From a virus (taxonomy: Duplodnaviria; Caudoviricetes), in the IMG/VR virus record IMGVR_UViG_3300045922_000428, positions 1 to 51,711 of that record: a stretch of DNA of 51,711 bases. One strand, 5' to 3'. The notes beneath the pieces were generated by a model that was given only the letters and a program-made list of their open reading frames with translations, was not told where the DNA came from and ran no database searches. Of the stretch, positions 8,292 through 18,525 are shown one piece after another. Within the stretch, counting starts at the first letter, position 1. Every line of letters begins with the position of its first letter. The position numbers were made by a program, and so were the translations under genes.

Positions 8292-9521
8292 ATGAGCCTC
8301 CTCAAGAACTTCGGCCCCGCCATCGACCCGGACGGCAACGAGCTCCTGATGCTCGACACGCTGCGTGCCGGTAACGGCTTTCCACAGAACGTCTCCATGG
8401 GTGCGCTGCAGGTCAGCGGAACCCAGATCGGCAATCTGAAGAACCTCATCATCGGTGGGGACTTCAGTGCCAACCCGTGGCAGCGTGGCACGTCGATCGG
8501 CTCGATCACCAACACCCTGACCTACACGGCCGACCGCTGGGCCGCTGTGTCTGGCACTGCCGGTGCCAGCATCACCGTCTCGCGCCAGTCCGACACCACC
8601 ACGCCCGGCGTCCAACACGGGCTGCGCTTCCAGCGTGCGTCGGGTAACACCAACACCTCGCCGCATCGTCTGGTGCAGGTCCTCGAGAGCGCCGTGGCGC
8701 TCCGTGCGCAGGGCCGGCGCGTGGCGCTCAGTTTCCGAGCGTTCCACGGTGCCAACTTCTCGCCCGTCGGTGGCACGCTCAATGTCGTGGTGGCGACAGG
8801 CACCGGCACGGACGAGTCGGCCACATCCTTCGTCGCCGGCACCTGGGCGGGCTACACCGCGCTTCCCACCTTCGTGCCAGTGGGCGCAACCACCCAGATC
8901 CCGGGTCCGAACGCCAACACCATCAGCGGCCTCGAGGGTGGCTTCGGACTCATTCCGGCGTCCTCCGTCGCGCTGCTGCCACGTGAGCAGTACTTCCAGA
9001 TGGTGTTCGACGTGCCCTTCAACGCCACGCAGCTGGGTGTCATGTTCGTCATGAACCCGGTCGGCACGGCCGGCGCCAACGACTGGTACCAGATCAAGGA
9101 TGTGCAGCTTGAGGTGGTGTCGACCACGCAGCCCTTCTCGTCCATGTTCACCAGGCGCTCCGCCGTTGAGGAGAGGCTGCTTGCTCTCCGCTACTTCTGG
9201 CGCCTGAACGAGCCCGAGACGGCTGCTGCCGTGGTCGCCAACGGCATGATTTCCGCCACCAACGCCCAGACGATCCTCATCCCGACCCTTGTGCCCATGC
9301 GCGTACCGCCGACGGTGACCGTGGTCGCTGGCACGTGGCGCTTCAACATCGCGGGCACGCTCACGGCAGTTGCGGGCTTCGCCGGTGGCGCAGCGGCCAC
9401 GCAGACGACTACCGCCATCAACGTGGTGGGGACGGTCACGGCGACGGCAGGCCAGGCCACGCAGCTGGTGTCCGGTGCCTCGGGCTTCGGTGGCCAGATC
9501 AACGCGAATTCGGAACTCTGA
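8292..9521 (+). CDS. Virion structural protein with carbohydrate-binding-like jelly-roll domain (head or tail fibre/decoration)
   Basis: NLIIGGDF..WQRG...YTADRW and VQLE...E..L..RYF motifs typical of phage fibre proteins; codon bias like the coat gene. Confidence 0.65.
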   Translation: MSLLKNFGPAIDPDGNELLMLDTLRAGNGFPQNVSMGALQVSGTQIGNLKNLIIGGDFSANPWQRGTSIGSITNTLTYTADRWAAVSGTAGASITVSRQSDTTTPGVQHGLRFQRASGNTNTSPHRLVQVLESAVALRAQGRRVALSFRAFHGANFSPVGGTLNVVVATGTGTDESATSFVAGTWAGYTALPTFVPVGATTQIPGPNANTISGLEGGFGLIPASSVALLPREQYFQMVFDVPFNATQLGVMFVMNPVGTAGANDWYQIKDVQLEVVSTTQPFSSMFTRRSAVEERLLALRYFWRLNEPETAAAVVANGMISATNAQTILIPTLVPMRVPPTVTVVAGTWRFNIAGTLTAVAGFAGGAAATQTTTAINVVGTVTATAGQATQLVSGASGFGGQINANSEL

Positions 9522-9555
9522 GCTACGTGATCGGGCGGATGGGAGGTTAGTCGAC

Positions 9556-9957
9556 ATGGGACTGCGTGGACCGAAACCGGGCACGCCAAGCCCGAACCGT
9601 GGTAAGACGAACCTCTCCGTCCGCCCGTTCTCAGACGCGTTGAATTTGGCAATCAGACGCATCATCGAAAGCGGTCCTGACAAGGGTCGCCGCCGCCTGG
9701 ATGTGATTGCCGAGCGCCTGGCACTTGCTGCCTTGAACGGGGACCCGTGGGCCATCACGGAGGTGGCCAACCGCTTGGACGGCCGTCCCGCGCAGCAGGT
9801 CTACTCGCTTGACCAAAGCGGTAATCAGATGCCCGCATCGCTGGCCATTATGTTCGTGTCGCCCGACGGCAAGACGGCAGTGCCGAGCCAGACTTACTTT
9901 CCACCGACAATCGAGCACGAGCACGTGCCTCACCGTGACGAGGAGCGCGGCCCGTAG
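9556..9957 (+). CDS. terS: Terminase small subunit (putative)
   Basis: GGAGG SD; G..SPN.G N-terminus and A..GD.WAI.EV.NRLDG.P.Q pattern; upstream of TerL. Confidence 0.65.
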   Translation: MGLRGPKPGTPSPNRGKTNLSVRPFSDALNLAIRRIIESGPDKGRRRLDVIAERLALAALNGDPWAITEVANRLDGRPAQQVYSLDQSGNQMPASLAIMFVSPDGKTAVPSQTYFPPTIEHEHVPHRDEERGP

Positions 9958-10040
9958 GCCGTCTGAATTCACAGCGTACCCGGTCCTTGCGACCCGTCTG
10001 CAAAAGTTTTGGCAGACACTTCGCTGGTTGAGGAGGCAGA

Positions 10041-10452
10041 GATGGGACAGACATTGAACACAGTTGACCCGTACTTCAACGCACTGAAGACCGGCGTTGT
10101 TGAGATTCAGAGCGGCGAATCACTTTCCTCGCCTATTTGGATCGGTAACTGGGCGCTGACCGCCATTCGCATGCCGTCCAGTTGGACAGCTGCACCGATC
10201 ACGTTCCAGGCTGCAACATACATTGACCAGAACATCCCGATCGGCTTCGGTCCTGACTCGGACTGGCTCGATATCCACGACGCTCAAGGCGACGAGTCTG
10301 CGTGTTTTGTCGGACCCGCGATGCACGTGGCACTCTGGCACATTGGGCTTCGAGGCAACCTGTACATTCGGATCAGGTCCGGCTTCGCGGCCAGTCCGGT
10401 TGCTCAGGGCGACCTCCGAAAGATCACACTTGTTTTTGGCGGGGTCAGCTGA
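10041..10452 (+). CDS. Hypothetical (likely structural) protein
   Basis: GAGGAGG SD; MPSSWTAAPITFQ motif seen in small beta-rich phage proteins. Confidence 0.6.
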
Positions 10453-10453
10453 C

Positions 10454-11095
10454 ATGAGTGCATCACTTTTTGGTGGACCGTTCGGCGGCCCAGGTTATCG
10501 GACAGCACTGCACCTGCCCTACCGAAATGGAGTTTGGTACGGCACCGATATTGGTTCCGGGGTACGGCTCTCAGATCCGTTGCCGACGGATACAGTGTTC
10601 TTTTTCCCCCTCTTCATTGAGTTTCCGACGCCTATGAAGAGGATTGCTACGGGCGTCGGCACGTCCGTTGCCGGTGCAGTTCTGAGACTCGGCTTGTATG
10701 CGAATCGTACTGACGGCGTTTTGGGGCCGGGAAAAGCTGTCATCACCTCCATGGACGAGTACGACATGGGTCTGACGACACATACAATTATTGCTTTTAA
10801 TTTCAACACGCCCGTCCAACTGCCACGCGGCATATACTGGGGTGCTGCACGTGGGGGCGGCAGCGCGGCTCCGCAGCCGTACGTGGTCAATATCAACCAA
10901 ACCGTTTCAGCGACTTTTACGAGACATCTGGGCGGTATTGACCCCCGACGCGTGTACTTTGGAGGAGCGGGGCTTTCGTTTACTGGGGTATCTGCCCCGC
11001 TCACGTATACGGATCCTTGGCCCGACATGGCTCCGAATGTCACAGTGATAAACACGACACCCGGCAGCGTCGTCATTGCATGGCGGAGGGACTGA
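10454..11095 (+). CDS. Hypothetical beta-sandwich structural protein, similar to the C-terminal half of 26450-27376
   Basis: PLF...RIATGV.TSVAGAVLRLGLY...PG...L.RG.YW versus PFY...SARVVTGGAGSAAKLGVW...P.G...LTRGWYY. Confidence 0.55.
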   Translation: MSASLFGGPFGGPGYRTALHLPYRNGVWYGTDIGSGVRLSDPLPTDTVFFFPLFIEFPTPMKRIATGVGTSVAGAVLRLGLYANRTDGVLGPGKAVITSMDEYDMGLTTHTIIAFNFNTPVQLPRGIYWGAARGGGSAAPQPYVVNINQTVSATFTRHLGGIDPRRVYFGGAGLSFTGVSAPLTYTDPWPDMAPNVTVINTTPGSVVIAWRRD

Positions 11096-11100
11096 GAACC

Positions 11101-11445
11101 ATGCCTTGGGTGCAGATTGCGGAGCTTTTTTCGGCTGGCGCACTTGCCGGTGTGGCAGGTGCCGTCGCACGTATCGCGCACCCTCGTCGTCGCCGTCTTG
11201 GCAAATGCGTGTTGTGGGAGTTTCCCAGCGCATGTCTGCTCGGTTCTGCGGGCTTTGCGCTCGGGGGCCTGCTTGAATTCAACGAGTATGGTCGGTTTCT
11301 CATCGGGATGGCTTTTGGTTACTTGGGCGTCGCGGCTATTCACGACCTCGTCGTGTCCTTGGTATCATTGCGTATGAAAATGTCTAAGAAGGATGTCGAC
11401 GAGCTCATCATACGTCAATCTTCGGACAAGGATGGTGGCTCATGA
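11101..11445 (+). CDS. Putative holin (LydA-like)
   Basis: Small protein with 2-3 hydrophobic helices, GYLG motif and charged C-terminus. Confidence 0.65.
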   Translation: MPWVQIAELFSAGALAGVAGAVARIAHPRRRRLGKCVLWEFPSACLLGSAGFALGGLLEFNEYGRFLIGMAFGYLGVAAIHDLVVSLVSLRMKMSKKDVDELIIRQSSDKDGGS

Positions 11446-12809
11446 CAGACGCCACTTCCTCAGAATCACTGAAATTACAGTTTCCTGAAAAGCTCAAAAT
11501 ACTTTTTGAGCCGAAGCGCTACAAGATCCTCTACGGAGGACGTGGCGGCGCCAAGTCTTGGGGTGTTGCTCGTGCGCTTCTTGTACTTGGTGCTCACAAG
11601 AAATTGCGCGTGCTCTGCGCCCGTGAGTTTCAGAACTCAATCCAGGAGTCGGTTCATCACTTGCTTGAGTCTCAGATCAAGTCACTTGGTCTTGGGGCAT
11701 TCTACAACACGACGCAATCAAAGATCACTGGTGTCAACGGTACCGAATTCATTTTTGTGGGTCTGAAGAACAACATCAACAACATCAAGTCCTACGAAGA
11801 TTGCGACATCGTCTGGGTCGAGGAGGCTGCCAACGTCTCTAAGCGCAGTTGGGACGTTTTGATCCCTACGATCCGCAAGGAAGGCAGTGAGATCTGGATC
11901 ACTTTCAACCCCGAACTTGAGACTGACGAGACTTACAGCCGCTTCGTCATGTCACCGCCCGAAGACGCACACGTTGTCATGATCAACTGGCGGGACAATC
12001 CGTGGTTCCCTGAAGTGCTGCGAAAAGAGATGCTGGCGCTGAAGGCTCGGGACCCAGCCTCATGGGTCAATGTGTGGGAGGGTCAGTGCTCGCAGACTAT
12101 CGACGGCGCCGTCTATGCCGTTGAGCTTCTAAAAACTTTGGAGGAGAACCGCCGCACGCGTGTGCCGCACGATCCGTCAAAGCCCGTCTATACTGCGTGG
12201 GACCTTGGACGAAGCGACTCTACCAGCATTTGGTTCATACAGCTTGTCGGCTATGAACGCCGATTTATTGACTACTATTCCACGACAGGGCACACGGCTG
12301 AGCACTTTGTTTCAGTGCTCAACGGTAATCCGGAAACAGGTGCCCATCGTTCAGCCTACCACTACGCCACGCACTACTTGCCGCACGACGCGGCTGCCAA
12401 GACAATACTTCACCCGTTGTCTTTTGAGGGCCAGTTGAAGGCGTTGATGCCGAATTCGCGCACCGTGGTGGTTCCGCAAATCTCGATACACGACGGCATC
12501 AACGCTGTACGTACCATGTTTCCGCGCTGCGTGTTTGACCAAAACTTGACGCAGGACGGTTGGCAAGCACTTTCTCATTACCAGTACGAGGTCAAGGACG
12601 GGCGGCGTTCAAAACTGCCTATGCACAATTGGGCGTCGCATGGTGCAGACGCGTTCAGATACGCCGCGGTTGGATTGCGTGACTACTCGAAGCCTGCCGC
12701 CAGCCAGATCCTCCAGGCGTTGGAGTCTGCAAAGAGACCGCGGGTGTCGCAAGATCTCCAACGCTTCAAGTACGGTGGCGGCGGCAACAGTGATTGGATG
12801 AGCCGATGA
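11442..12809 (+). CDS. terL: Terminase large subunit (PBSX-like)
   Basis: YGGRGGAKS Walker A, WVEEA Walker B, TFNP, NWRDNPWF, WDLG and HGADAFRY nuclease motifs. Confidence 0.95.
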   Translation: MTDATSSESLKLQFPEKLKILFEPKRYKILYGGRGGAKSWGVARALLVLGAHKKLRVLCAREFQNSIQESVHHLLESQIKSLGLGAFYNTTQSKITGVNGTEFIFVGLKNNINNIKSYEDCDIVWVEEAANVSKRSWDVLIPTIRKEGSEIWITFNPELETDETYSRFVMSPPEDAHVVMINWRDNPWFPEVLRKEMLALKARDPASWVNVWEGQCSQTIDGAVYAVELLKTLEENRRTRVPHDPSKPVYTAWDLGRSDSTSIWFIQLVGYERRFIDYYSTTGHTAEHFVSVLNGNPETGAHRSAYHYATHYLPHDAAAKTILHPLSFEGQLKALMPNSRTVVVPQISIHDGINAVRTMFPRCVFDQNLTQDGWQALSHYQYEVKDGRRSKLPMHNWASHGADAFRYAAVGLRDYSKPAASQILQALESAKRPRVSQDLQRFKYGGGGNSDWMSR

Positions 12810-15202
12810 GCGAAAACCTCAGCGCACAAGCTGGTACAGAGGGCGCCCAGCGCGAACGCGATCGTGTTCGCACAGTGTCTAAGCGGCAGAGCGACATGCT
12901 GATGCCGGAGATCAAGGAGCGTTTCAAACAGTGCGAGGAATTCGAGGCTTACACCAGACCTATCAACCTTGACGACCGTCGCTTCTACCACGGCGACGCT
13001 GAAAACTTGTTCCAGTGGCCGCGCGGCGTGCTTCAGGACCGTGGAGAAAAGCGGCCACGTATTACGATCAACAAGACACAACACCACGTTGCGTTGATCA
13101 TCAACGACCAGAAGCAGAACAAGACGTCTATCAAGTATCGTGCAACGGGGTTTGGGGCTACGGCGCAATCGGCCCAGATAAACCAGGCACTTGCCAGACA
13201 CGTGATGGCTCAAAGCAATTTTGAAGACATCATGGACAAGGCATGCGAGTTTCAAGTAGTCGAGGGCATGGCTTACTGGCGTGTGGTCACTGATTACGTC
13301 TCGCCGGACTCGTTTGAACAAGAAATCTACATCCGGCCGATCAAAGATCCCCGGATGGTCTATTTGGATCCAAATATTTCGGCAGACGATGGCTCGGACG
13401 CACGGTTTGGGTTCATTTTCTCAGATGTACCGCGATCACTGTTTGAAGCGGAATATCCAGCCTATCGCAATCTTCTTTCGTACTCCAATACTCTGGGGTC
13501 CGACTTCCAAAACATGTGGTACGACAAACACATCGTGCGTGTGGCTGAGTACTATCGACTCTCAGAGGAGCAGGATGAGTTGATCGAGTACGAGGTCGAG
13601 GACGGTTCAGGTGAACGTCGTGCTGTCCGAGCTTCAAAATTGCCGCGCAAGCTGGTTGAACAATTGAAACAGATGCCGACTTCGCGGGTGCGCGAGATCA
13701 CAACCAATAAGTGTGAGTGGTTCAAGATCGTCGGCGGGCGTGTTATCAAACGTGGCGATTGGCCTGGCGCCTATATTCCGATCGTGCGTGTGCCGGGGAT
13801 CGAGTCTATTATTGACGGAAGGTACGACCGACGCGGCCACGTGCGTATGCTGAAGGATCCTCAACGGGTCTATAACTACTATTCCTCTGCTGGTGTTGAG
13901 ACCGTGGCGCTTCAGTCTCGCACGCCGTACATGGCTTCCGCGAAGGCTATCGAGGGGTACGAGGCCTTGTGGGCATCGGCTAACATCGACAACCCATCCG
14001 TGTTGGTCTATAACTCTTATGATGACGAGGGAAACAAGCTTGAGATGCCGCAGCGCATCGAGGGTCCTCGGATGCCGGAAGCGGTTGTCCAGGGTCTGAT
14101 GATTGCATCAAATGAGATGATGTCAGTTTCGGGCCAGTACCCGGCGCAACTTGGGAAAGACGAACAGGAAGTTTCGGGTGTTGCAATCGCCAAGCGTCAG
14201 CAACAGGGTGACACCTCTACCTACCATTTCATCTCCAAATTGTCCATGGCAATCCGCCATACCGGTGTCATTCTTCTGGATCTTTTTCCCAAGGTCTACG
14301 ACACCGAGCGCGTCATCCAGATTGTTGGAGAAGATGGCACCGAGAGTGCGGTGAAGATTGACCCGATGTTGGATTCCGCGTCCGTTGGGTTGTTCGGCGA
14401 GAACGTGCCTGAAAAAGAAGCCCAGAAGATGCGGCGTCGCGGGATGGTCGAGTTTGCGCTCAATCCGGCAATTGGCAGATACGCGGTTTCGGTGGATGTG
14501 GGTCCGTCTTACAACACCCAACGTCAAGAGGCGTGGAACGCACTCAGCCAGATCATCACACAAAACGCGGACCTTACTGCAATCATCGGCGACCTTGCAC
14601 TCAGGTCCGCGGACTTCCCATTGGCGGACGAGGCTGCGGAGCGGCTGCGCCGTATGGTGCCAGCGCAGGCACTTGGTGACGCTCCGTCGCCGGAGGTAAC
14701 CGCGCTGCAACAGCAGGTGCAAAACCTCACGTCAAGCCTTGCTGCGGCTATCCAGGCGCTTGGAGACAAGGCTGCTGACGTCAAGCGGGACCAGGAGAAG
14801 GTCCAAGTTGAAGTCTATAAAGCTGAGACCGACCGCTTGAAGACTATGTTGGATCAGTTGAACCCGGAAGCGTTGCGAGCTTTGATCACGACGACTGTGG
14901 TCGAGGCGTTGAGCACGTCGTTGCAAGACGTGAAGCGCACGACCGAGGCTTTCCTGGCGCCGCCTGAGCTGCCGCCGAATATTCCGGCTGAACTTGGACA
15001 GCCAGAACCTGAGCCATCGACACCGGGTCCGCTTGCAGACCAGGTTGCCCAGGAGCTGGATCAGAGTCTCATTGAAGCCAACGCTATGCCTGCAGGTGAT
15101 GCCAACAACGTGCTTGCGGGCATGCGGCAGGCGCCCGACGGCAAGTGGTACCTGCCGGATCCGCAGCGACCCGGTCAGTATCTTGAAGTTTCGAAAGGAT
15201 GA
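12806..15202 (+). CDS. Portal protein (P22-like)
   Basis: Follows TerL with ATGA overlap; QWP..., RPRITINK, KDPQRVYNY, SGVAI..RQ.QGD, GPSY.TQRQEA. Confidence 0.9.
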   Translation: MSENLSAQAGTEGAQRERDRVRTVSKRQSDMLMPEIKERFKQCEEFEAYTRPINLDDRRFYHGDAENLFQWPRGVLQDRGEKRPRITINKTQHHVALIINDQKQNKTSIKYRATGFGATAQSAQINQALARHVMAQSNFEDIMDKACEFQVVEGMAYWRVVTDYVSPDSFEQEIYIRPIKDPRMVYLDPNISADDGSDARFGFIFSDVPRSLFEAEYPAYRNLLSYSNTLGSDFQNMWYDKHIVRVAEYYRLSEEQDELIEYEVEDGSGERRAVRASKLPRKLVEQLKQMPTSRVREITTNKCEWFKIVGGRVIKRGDWPGAYIPIVRVPGIESIIDGRYDRRGHVRMLKDPQRVYNYYSSAGVETVALQSRTPYMASAKAIEGYEALWASANIDNPSVLVYNSYDDEGNKLEMPQRIEGPRMPEAVVQGLMIASNEMMSVSGQYPAQLGKDEQEVSGVAIAKRQQQGDTSTYHFISKLSMAIRHTGVILLDLFPKVYDTERVIQIVGEDGTESAVKIDPMLDSASVGLFGENVPEKEAQKMRRRGMVEFALNPAIGRYAVSVDVGPSYNTQRQEAWNALSQIITQNADLTAIIGDLALRSADFPLADEAAERLRRMVPAQALGDAPSPEVTALQQQVQNLTSSLAAAIQALGDKAADVKRDQEKVQVEVYKAETDRLKTMLDQLNPEALRALITTTVVEALSTSLQDVKRTTEAFLAPPELPPNIPAELGQPEPEPSTPGPLADQVAQELDQSLIEANAMPAGDANNVLAGMRQAPDGKWYLPDPQRPGQYLEVSKG

Positions 15203-15402
15203 CGCTCATGACCTCGCACAAAAAAGACGACGACAACAAGGACAAGAAGAACCACAAAGAACGGCGGTTGGAGGACATGGCCGACCACGAGCTTGAGCTT
15301 TTGATGGCTGAGCATGCTTCGATCGGTCTCCGCCAGGCAAAGGACGGGAAGTGGTACATGCCCGACCCGAATCGTCCCGGCCGCTATCTTCAACTTTTGT
15401 GA
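15199..15402 (+). CDS. Small protein repeating the portal C-terminal motif
   Basis: GLRQAKDGKWYMPDPNRPGRYL versus portal GMRQAPDGKWYLPDPQRPGQYL. Confidence 0.65.
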   Translation: MTLMTSHKKDDDNKDKKNHKERRLEDMADHELELLMAEHASIGLRQAKDGKWYMPDPNRPGRYLQLL

Positions 15403-15414
15403 GGAGTACGTGTT

Positions 15415-15735
15415 ATGAAACAACGTGCTGCACACATGTTGGTGGCCAAGATGGCTCGCGACATGGCCTGTGAGATCTACGAAGATTGCGCAAGGGACAA
15501 CGTCTTCCGGAAGCTCAATCCGAACATGGAAGATTTTGTCGAACGTACCTATGGGTCGCTTCTGGACCAAGCTCGGCAGGTTCTGGCGGCTATGCTCCAG
15601 CGTGATGATATCGGCGACCTCCTCAAGAACCAGATTTACGAGGCCCTGTGTCTCGACGAAATGTTCCAACGCCCGGCCAATGTGGTCGTACCGCAGAGTG
15701 GCCGAGAGGCGCGAGAAATGCTGACCAAGCACTGA
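15415..15735 (+). CDS. Hypothetical protein
   Basis: GAGGAG SD; lies in the head module. Confidence 0.65.
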   Translation: MKQRAAHMLVAKMARDMACEIYEDCARDNVFRKLNPNMEDFVERTYGSLLDQARQVLAAMLQRDDIGDLLKNQIYEALCLDEMFQRPANVVVPQSGREAREMLTKH

Positions 15736-15805
15736 GCTGTCCGCGAACAATCGCGGCTGAGGGCTTCCTGGGCGGCCCAAGCAAAACGCCCTGCGCAGAG
15801 AGAAG

Positions 15806-16804
15806 GTGTTTGAAACAATGTCTACCAACAAGATTGAACCTGAAGACGGTTCCTTGCAGTTTTCAGGCAACGTGCCTCGTGGCGTCGGCTTTGGTGCCGG
15901 CGTGCCAGAAGAATTGCACCCAGCGCGAGTGCTGTCAGAAACCGCGCTGGCAGCTCGTCCGCCCGCGATCCAGCGGGTCGAGGAGGCCGAGGATAGGCCA
16001 GAAGAGAAGGTCGAGTCCGAGACCGAGGTTGACAAGAAGCAGTCTCCAGAGGTCTCTAAGGAGAACCAAGACGAGTCTGACGACGCGTCGAAGGATGATG
16101 CAATCGTCTCGGACGATGATGATGACGATGGCGACGACGAGTCGAAGCGTGGCAAACCGCCAAAGTGGGTCAGCCGTCGCATCGACCGGATCACAAGGGA
16201 CAAGTGGGAGGCGCGGCGGCAGGCCGAGGAGGCCAACAACCGTGCGACGGAGCTGTTCGCGCGACTACAGGCCGCCGAGGCGCGACTTGCTGAGTTGACC
16301 GCCGGCGCTGAACAGACGCCCCTCACTTCTGAAGATGTCGAGAAGCTCGCTGCAGCACGAGCTGAAAAACTCGCCGCCAGCAAGGCCGCCGAGTTGCAAT
16401 TCAACAACGACTGCAACGAGATCTTTGAGTCCGGTGTGCGTCGGTTCAGTGATTTTGAACAGATGATGAACAACTATCGGACAGTCGGAGGCCTCACCGT
16501 GGAGATGGTGCAAGCCGCAATGCTCACGGGAGACGCGCCTCTTGCTCTCCACAGGCTCGCGCACAATCTGGATGAGGCCCACGCAGCGCGTTTCATGCCG
16601 CGTGACCAGTTGGCGGTCAAGCTGACGAAGATGGTGGAAAAGGCAAAGCTCAAGCGCGTTGCCGCCTCCGTCAGCAAGGCCCCGGCTCCTGTCGAGCCGA
16701 TCCGCGGAGGTTCTCCGAAGCCGCCGGTTGATCTGGAAAAAGTGTCGATGGAGGAATTCATCGCAATGCGCAACGAGCAGATCGCGGCGCGACGCCGCCG
16801 CTGA
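15806..16804 (+). CDS. Capsid scaffolding protein (putative)
   Basis: Acidic N-half, RRIDRITR coiled coil, SKAPAPVEP and C-terminal SMEEFIAMRN helix; position before the coat gene. Confidence 0.75.
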   Translation: MFETMSTNKIEPEDGSLQFSGNVPRGVGFGAGVPEELHPARVLSETALAARPPAIQRVEEAEDRPEEKVESETEVDKKQSPEVSKENQDESDDASKDDAIVSDDDDDDGDDESKRGKPPKWVSRRIDRITRDKWEARRQAEEANNRATELFARLQAAEARLAELTAGAEQTPLTSEDVEKLAAARAEKLAASKAAELQFNNDCNEIFESGVRRFSDFEQMMNNYRTVGGLTVEMVQAAMLTGDAPLALHRLAHNLDEAHAARFMPRDQLAVKLTKMVEKAKLKRVAASVSKAPAPVEPIRGGSPKPPVDLEKVSMEEFIAMRNEQIAARRRR

Positions 16805-16833
16805 TTTGACCGTTTTGTACGGGGGTTCGTGGT

Positions 16834-18525
16834 ATGTCTGGGTCTAACAACAAACTCTCGCCGTACCTTCGTGCGTACCACGGCTCCCCGTATGATTTCC
16901 AGAAATTTGAAAACAGTGCCATCGGGACTGGCGAGGGCGGGAAAGCTTATGGTGCCGGTCACTACGTGGCTGAAGCCAGGGAAACCGGTGAGCATTACAT
17001 GCGGAGCGTGACTCGTGAGCGCACTAACGATAGCCTGTCTAGGCTAGTGTGGCGCGGTCATCCCGATTTTCCGGATGGATCGAGCCACCTTGACGTTGCC
17101 AAGTTGCTTGATCCTAAGACGGGTGACGACGTCGATTTAGATGACCACGTCAAGGCGTCTGTGGCTAGATTTCTAAGTGGAGAATACTACTTTCCAGACG
17201 TTTCTACATCTCGCGACGTTGATAAGGTGAAGTCAGCTGCTATTGACAGCGCGAATCGTGCGCTGGACATTGAGGCAAGGTACCGCCAAAAAAATCCAAA
17301 TATTCCCAAAGATGGGCTCGGGCCCGTTTTGGAATGGGTTGGAAAATCTAAGCTGACGGGACAGGACGTCAAATATTTTAATTTGTTAAATGATATTCTC
17401 AGCAATGACAGAACTACCGGGTTTTTTTCTAAACACGGACACGCAATTAAGGATGCTGAGCTATTTCCAGGTTGGCAGTTCGGAACCTCTAAGGAACTCA
17501 AAGCAGGTATCCACAGATACTTTGCAGGACTGTCAAAAATGGCTGGTCGAGTCGCGGCGCGCCGCGCGTCTCAAAAAGACTTTTTCAAGTCTCTGGAAAA
17601 AGACTACCAGGACGCGCGTGACGCTTCTGCCGACGTGTACAATCTATCAAAGTGGTATGCTAAAAATCAAACAAATATTGAGGCGGCAAAGTTTCCAGCC
17701 TACAACCGTATCAGAGAGATTGTAGACTATATTTTCAAAAACTCAAATTTTGAGACTACAAATAACGCTCCTCCCGGCCGTCTTTACGAGCTTGCTCTTA
17801 AGGTAGATCCAAACAAAATGTTGGATTGGGACAATTCTATTGGTAGCCACCATGTCGATCTTCAACAGGCTGTGAGGACAATACCTGAACTTGCTCGCGC
17901 CCTGGAACATACTTATGACAAGTCCGGGAAAATTGAACACTACGCTTATTTGAGCCCCAGATACTCAACCGGCGCTGATATCTACAAATATCTTGCCAAT
18001 CAGCGCGGCGGCCCAGTCTTGGCCACAAAGGCGCTTCATGAAGCTGGTATCCATGGAATCAAATACCTAGACTTGTTGTCACGTGGATCCAAACCGCATG
18101 CGCAAATCTATTTTGATGGAAAGCCCGTAAACAAGAACAGCCCGCCCGTTACGACGCCAGGGGCGGGAACGGCCGAGGAAAAAATTCAAAATGACCTTGC
18201 GCTTCTTCAGAGAACTGTTGAAGAGCACCGTGTCAATGCTGGAAATATTGACGAATTGTTCGACGATCTGCTGAACAGAACTGCTAATCTTTTAGGAGCC
18301 GTTAAATTACACAAATCCATACGTTCCGCCTATGAGTCTGCAAAGTCTCTGGGCGATCGTATCTCGGTCAAGCCCAATTCAAACGTGACTTATAACTATG
18401 TCATCTTCGATCCTGATATGATACAAATCGTCCGTAAGTACGATCTTGGTGGAAATTTGGTCGAAGATTACGGCTTCCATGTCAGGGAAGTCGACGGCAA
18501 TCCGTTTGAAGGAGAAGACAAGTGA
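16834..18525 (+). CDS. ART-PolyVal-like ADP-ribosyltransferase-fold protein, paralog A
   Basis: YHGSPYDF..F...IGTGEG..AYG.G.Y.AE; LDWD; GI.GIKYLD..SR; TYNYVIFD. Confidence 0.72.
   Translation: MSGSNNKLSPYLRAYHGSPYDFQKFENSAIGTGEGGKAYGAGHYVAEARETGEHYMRSVTRERTNDSLSRLVWRGHPDFPDGSSHLDVAKLLDPKTGDDVDLDDHVKASVARFLSGEYYFPDVSTSRDVDKVKSAAIDSANRALDIEARYRQKNPNIPKDGLGPVLEWVGKSKLTGQDVKYFNLLNDILSNDRTTGFFSKHGHAIKDAELFPGWQFGTSKELKAGIHRYFAGLSKMAGRVAARRASQKDFFKSLEKDYQDARDASADVYNLSKWYAKNQTNIEAAKFPAYNRIREIVDYIFKNSNFETTNNAPPGRLYELALKVDPNKMLDWDNSIGSHHVDLQQAVRTIPELARALEHTYDKSGKIEHYAYLSPRYSTGADIYKYLANQRGGPVLATKALHEAGIHGIKYLDLLSRGSKPHAQIYFDGKPVNKNSPPVTTPGAGTAEEKIQNDLALLQRTVEEHRVNAGNIDELFDDLLNRTANLLGAVKLHKSIRSAYESAKSLGDRISVKPNSNVTYNYVIFDPDMIQIVRKYDLGGNLVEDYGFHVREVDGNPFEGEDK

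Noticed and set aside
7713-9770. 685 aa minus-strand ORF
   Set aside because: Antisense shadow of strongly codon-biased plus-strand genes; no motifs
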